Source: Octopus bimaculoides (taxonomy: Eukaryota). Taken from it: DNA of 50,693 nt. Positions 49,183 to 50,693 of this stretch are shown in pieces. Position numbers and translations under genes: made by a program. Location of the stretch: positions 37,740,915 through 37,791,607 of the forward strand of contig NC_068993.1 of the NCBI RefSeq assembly GCF_001194135.2. Reading direction: 5' to 3'. The stretch's first letter is position 1. Each line of letters starts with the position of its first letter. Under the pieces are notes generated by a model. The model searched no databases. It was not told the DNA's origin and saw only the letters and a list, made by a program, of their open reading frames with translations.

Positions 49183-49815
49183 GGTGCAGGTGTGGTTGTG
49201 TGGTAAGAAGTTTGCTTTGCAACCACATGGTTCTGTGTTCAGTCCCACTGTGTAGTACCTTGGGCAAGTATCTTCTACTATTGCCTTGGGCCAACCAAAG
49301 CTTTGTGAGTGAATTTGTTAGACGGAAACTGAAAGAAGCCTATCACATATATGTGCATACAACCAATGTTGGTGTGTTCATGTCCCAGTAACTTAGCAGT
49401 TTGGCAAAAGTGACTGATAAAATAAGTACTAGGTTTACAAAGAATAAGTCCTGGGATCAATTTGTTTGACTAAAACACTCTTTAAGGAAGTGCTCCAGTC
49501 AAATGATTGAAACAAATAAAAGAATATATACTTATATGTATCCTGGCATGGGAACATAATATTTTTATAGGCATGGACATGGCTGTGTGGTAAGAATGTT
49601 GCTTCCATCCACATGGCTCTGTGTTCAGTCCCACAGAGTGGCACATTGGCCAAGAGTCTTTTACTATAGCCTTAGTGGATTTAGTAGATGGAAACTGAAA
49701 GAAGCCAGTTGTGTATAATCATATCTGTGTGTGCGTTACAACTGGTGTTGGTTTGTTTACATCCTTGTAATTTAGCATTTTGGCAAAAGAGTCTGGTAGA
49801 ACAAGCACCAGACTT
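49183..49815 (+). mobile_element. two consecutive family AB SINE copies in SoxD intron
   Basis: A-box TGGTTGTGTGG/TGGCTGTGTGG, B-box GTTCAGTCCC, head A then tail B twice (49183-49525 and 49578-49815). Confidence 0.8.
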
Positions 49816-49879
49816 TACGCGCATAAACTTTTCCAGGAATAACACCAATCCTAAGTCAAGATAATGATAATAATAATTC

Positions 49880-50064
49880 TTTCTACTATAGGCACAAGGC
49901 CTGAAATTAGACTAACCCCAGTATGCAACTGGTACTTAATTTATTGACCCTGAATGGATGAAAAGCAAAGTTGACGCTGGCAGAATCTGAACTCAGAATG
50001 TAGCGACAAGTGAGATATCGCTAAGCATTTCATCCAGCATGCTAACGATTCTGCCAGCTTGCTG

Positions 50065-50068
<4 letters not shown>
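49880..50068 (-). mobile_element. family C SINE in SoxD intron
   Basis: Family core; flanked by (AAT)n on both sides. Confidence 0.8.
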
Positions 50069-50111
<43 letters not shown>

Positions 50112-50411
50112 TAATGAGTTCTTACACAGCACAAGGCCTCAAATTTTAGGGGCAACTATGGTTGATGACAAATGGCATCAATACTGAATTGGAACAATTT
50201 TTTTTCTTGCTGGAAATATATGCAGTAAAGTCAACTTTGGCTGTGGGTGTTTGAACTCAAAATGCCAAGAGATGCAATTAACTATGAAATGATATTTTCT
50301 CTGCTGCTGCTTCACCGTTTCTACCAATTCAACACCACAGGCACCACCATTCTGCTGATCCTATCACAAGCACAATAGCTAAGGAAATTATTCATTACAG
50401 GAGGTACTTAC

Positions 50412-50616
50412 TCTGCAAATGTTGGACATAGGTGTGATTCTCTTCATGGGCCATCTCTGCTGGCATCATAACCCTGTTGTCTTTGCATGCAGCCAGCTGC
50501 GATAATTGTGGCATTGTTGTTGATGGAACTGCATACATGGGTAAGTGCATTGGAAATACTTGGTTGTTAACAGACTGAGAGAGCTGTCTGACGAGAACCT
50601 CTTGGACCAAACTGTC
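50412..50616 (-). CDS. SoxD: SoxD-group transcription factor, internal coding exon (first in window; DSLVQEVLVRQL...HTYVQHLQ)
   Basis: Minus-strand acceptor TTCTTCTATTCACAG|GAC and donor CAGA|GTAAGT; 205 nt, phase 0 to phase 1. The trailing A joins GC of the next exon to give [10 protein letters not shown]. Assigned to SoxD by splice-phase continuity, not by recognisable homology of this exon itself. Confidence 0.8.
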
Positions 50617-50693
50617 CTGTGAATAGAAGAAATCCTAAGAAATTGTAATAAAGTAACTGTACATTTTTACGATGGACCGGAGGAGGGGGTGGG

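Overview
Eukaryotic, AT-rich, gap-ridden genomic window (12 N-gaps), not prokaryotic. The tRNA-derived SINE families, (TA)/(CA)/(TATG) microsatellite load and TTAA-CCC MITEs look like a coleoid cephalopod, probably Octopus (inference from recognised repeat style, no database search). The only well-supported gene is the 3' half of a SoxD-group (Sox5/6/13-like) HMG-box transcription factor on the minus strand. It has five in-window coding exons with canonical GT-AG sites and consistent phases, and the 5' exons lie beyond the right end of the window. The left ~36 kb is intergenic: SINEs, decayed non-LTR retrotransposon fragments (RLE/R4-like, RTE-X-like, CR1/L2-like, Penelope-like), MITEs, a tRNA-Phe pseudogene and microsatellites. 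Almost all ORF-track entries are microsatellite or gap artefacts. The most interesting non-genic signals are (i) several minimal type-I hammerhead-ribozyme motifs, one in a tRNA-headed SINE-like element, (ii) a ~1.3 kb mirror-symmetric MITE/palindrome block just upstream of the SoxD terminal-exon acceptor, (iii) RLE retrotransposon copies sitting inside (CATA)n tracts, and (iv) several long foldback structures. None is proven novel; all need computational or experimental checks.
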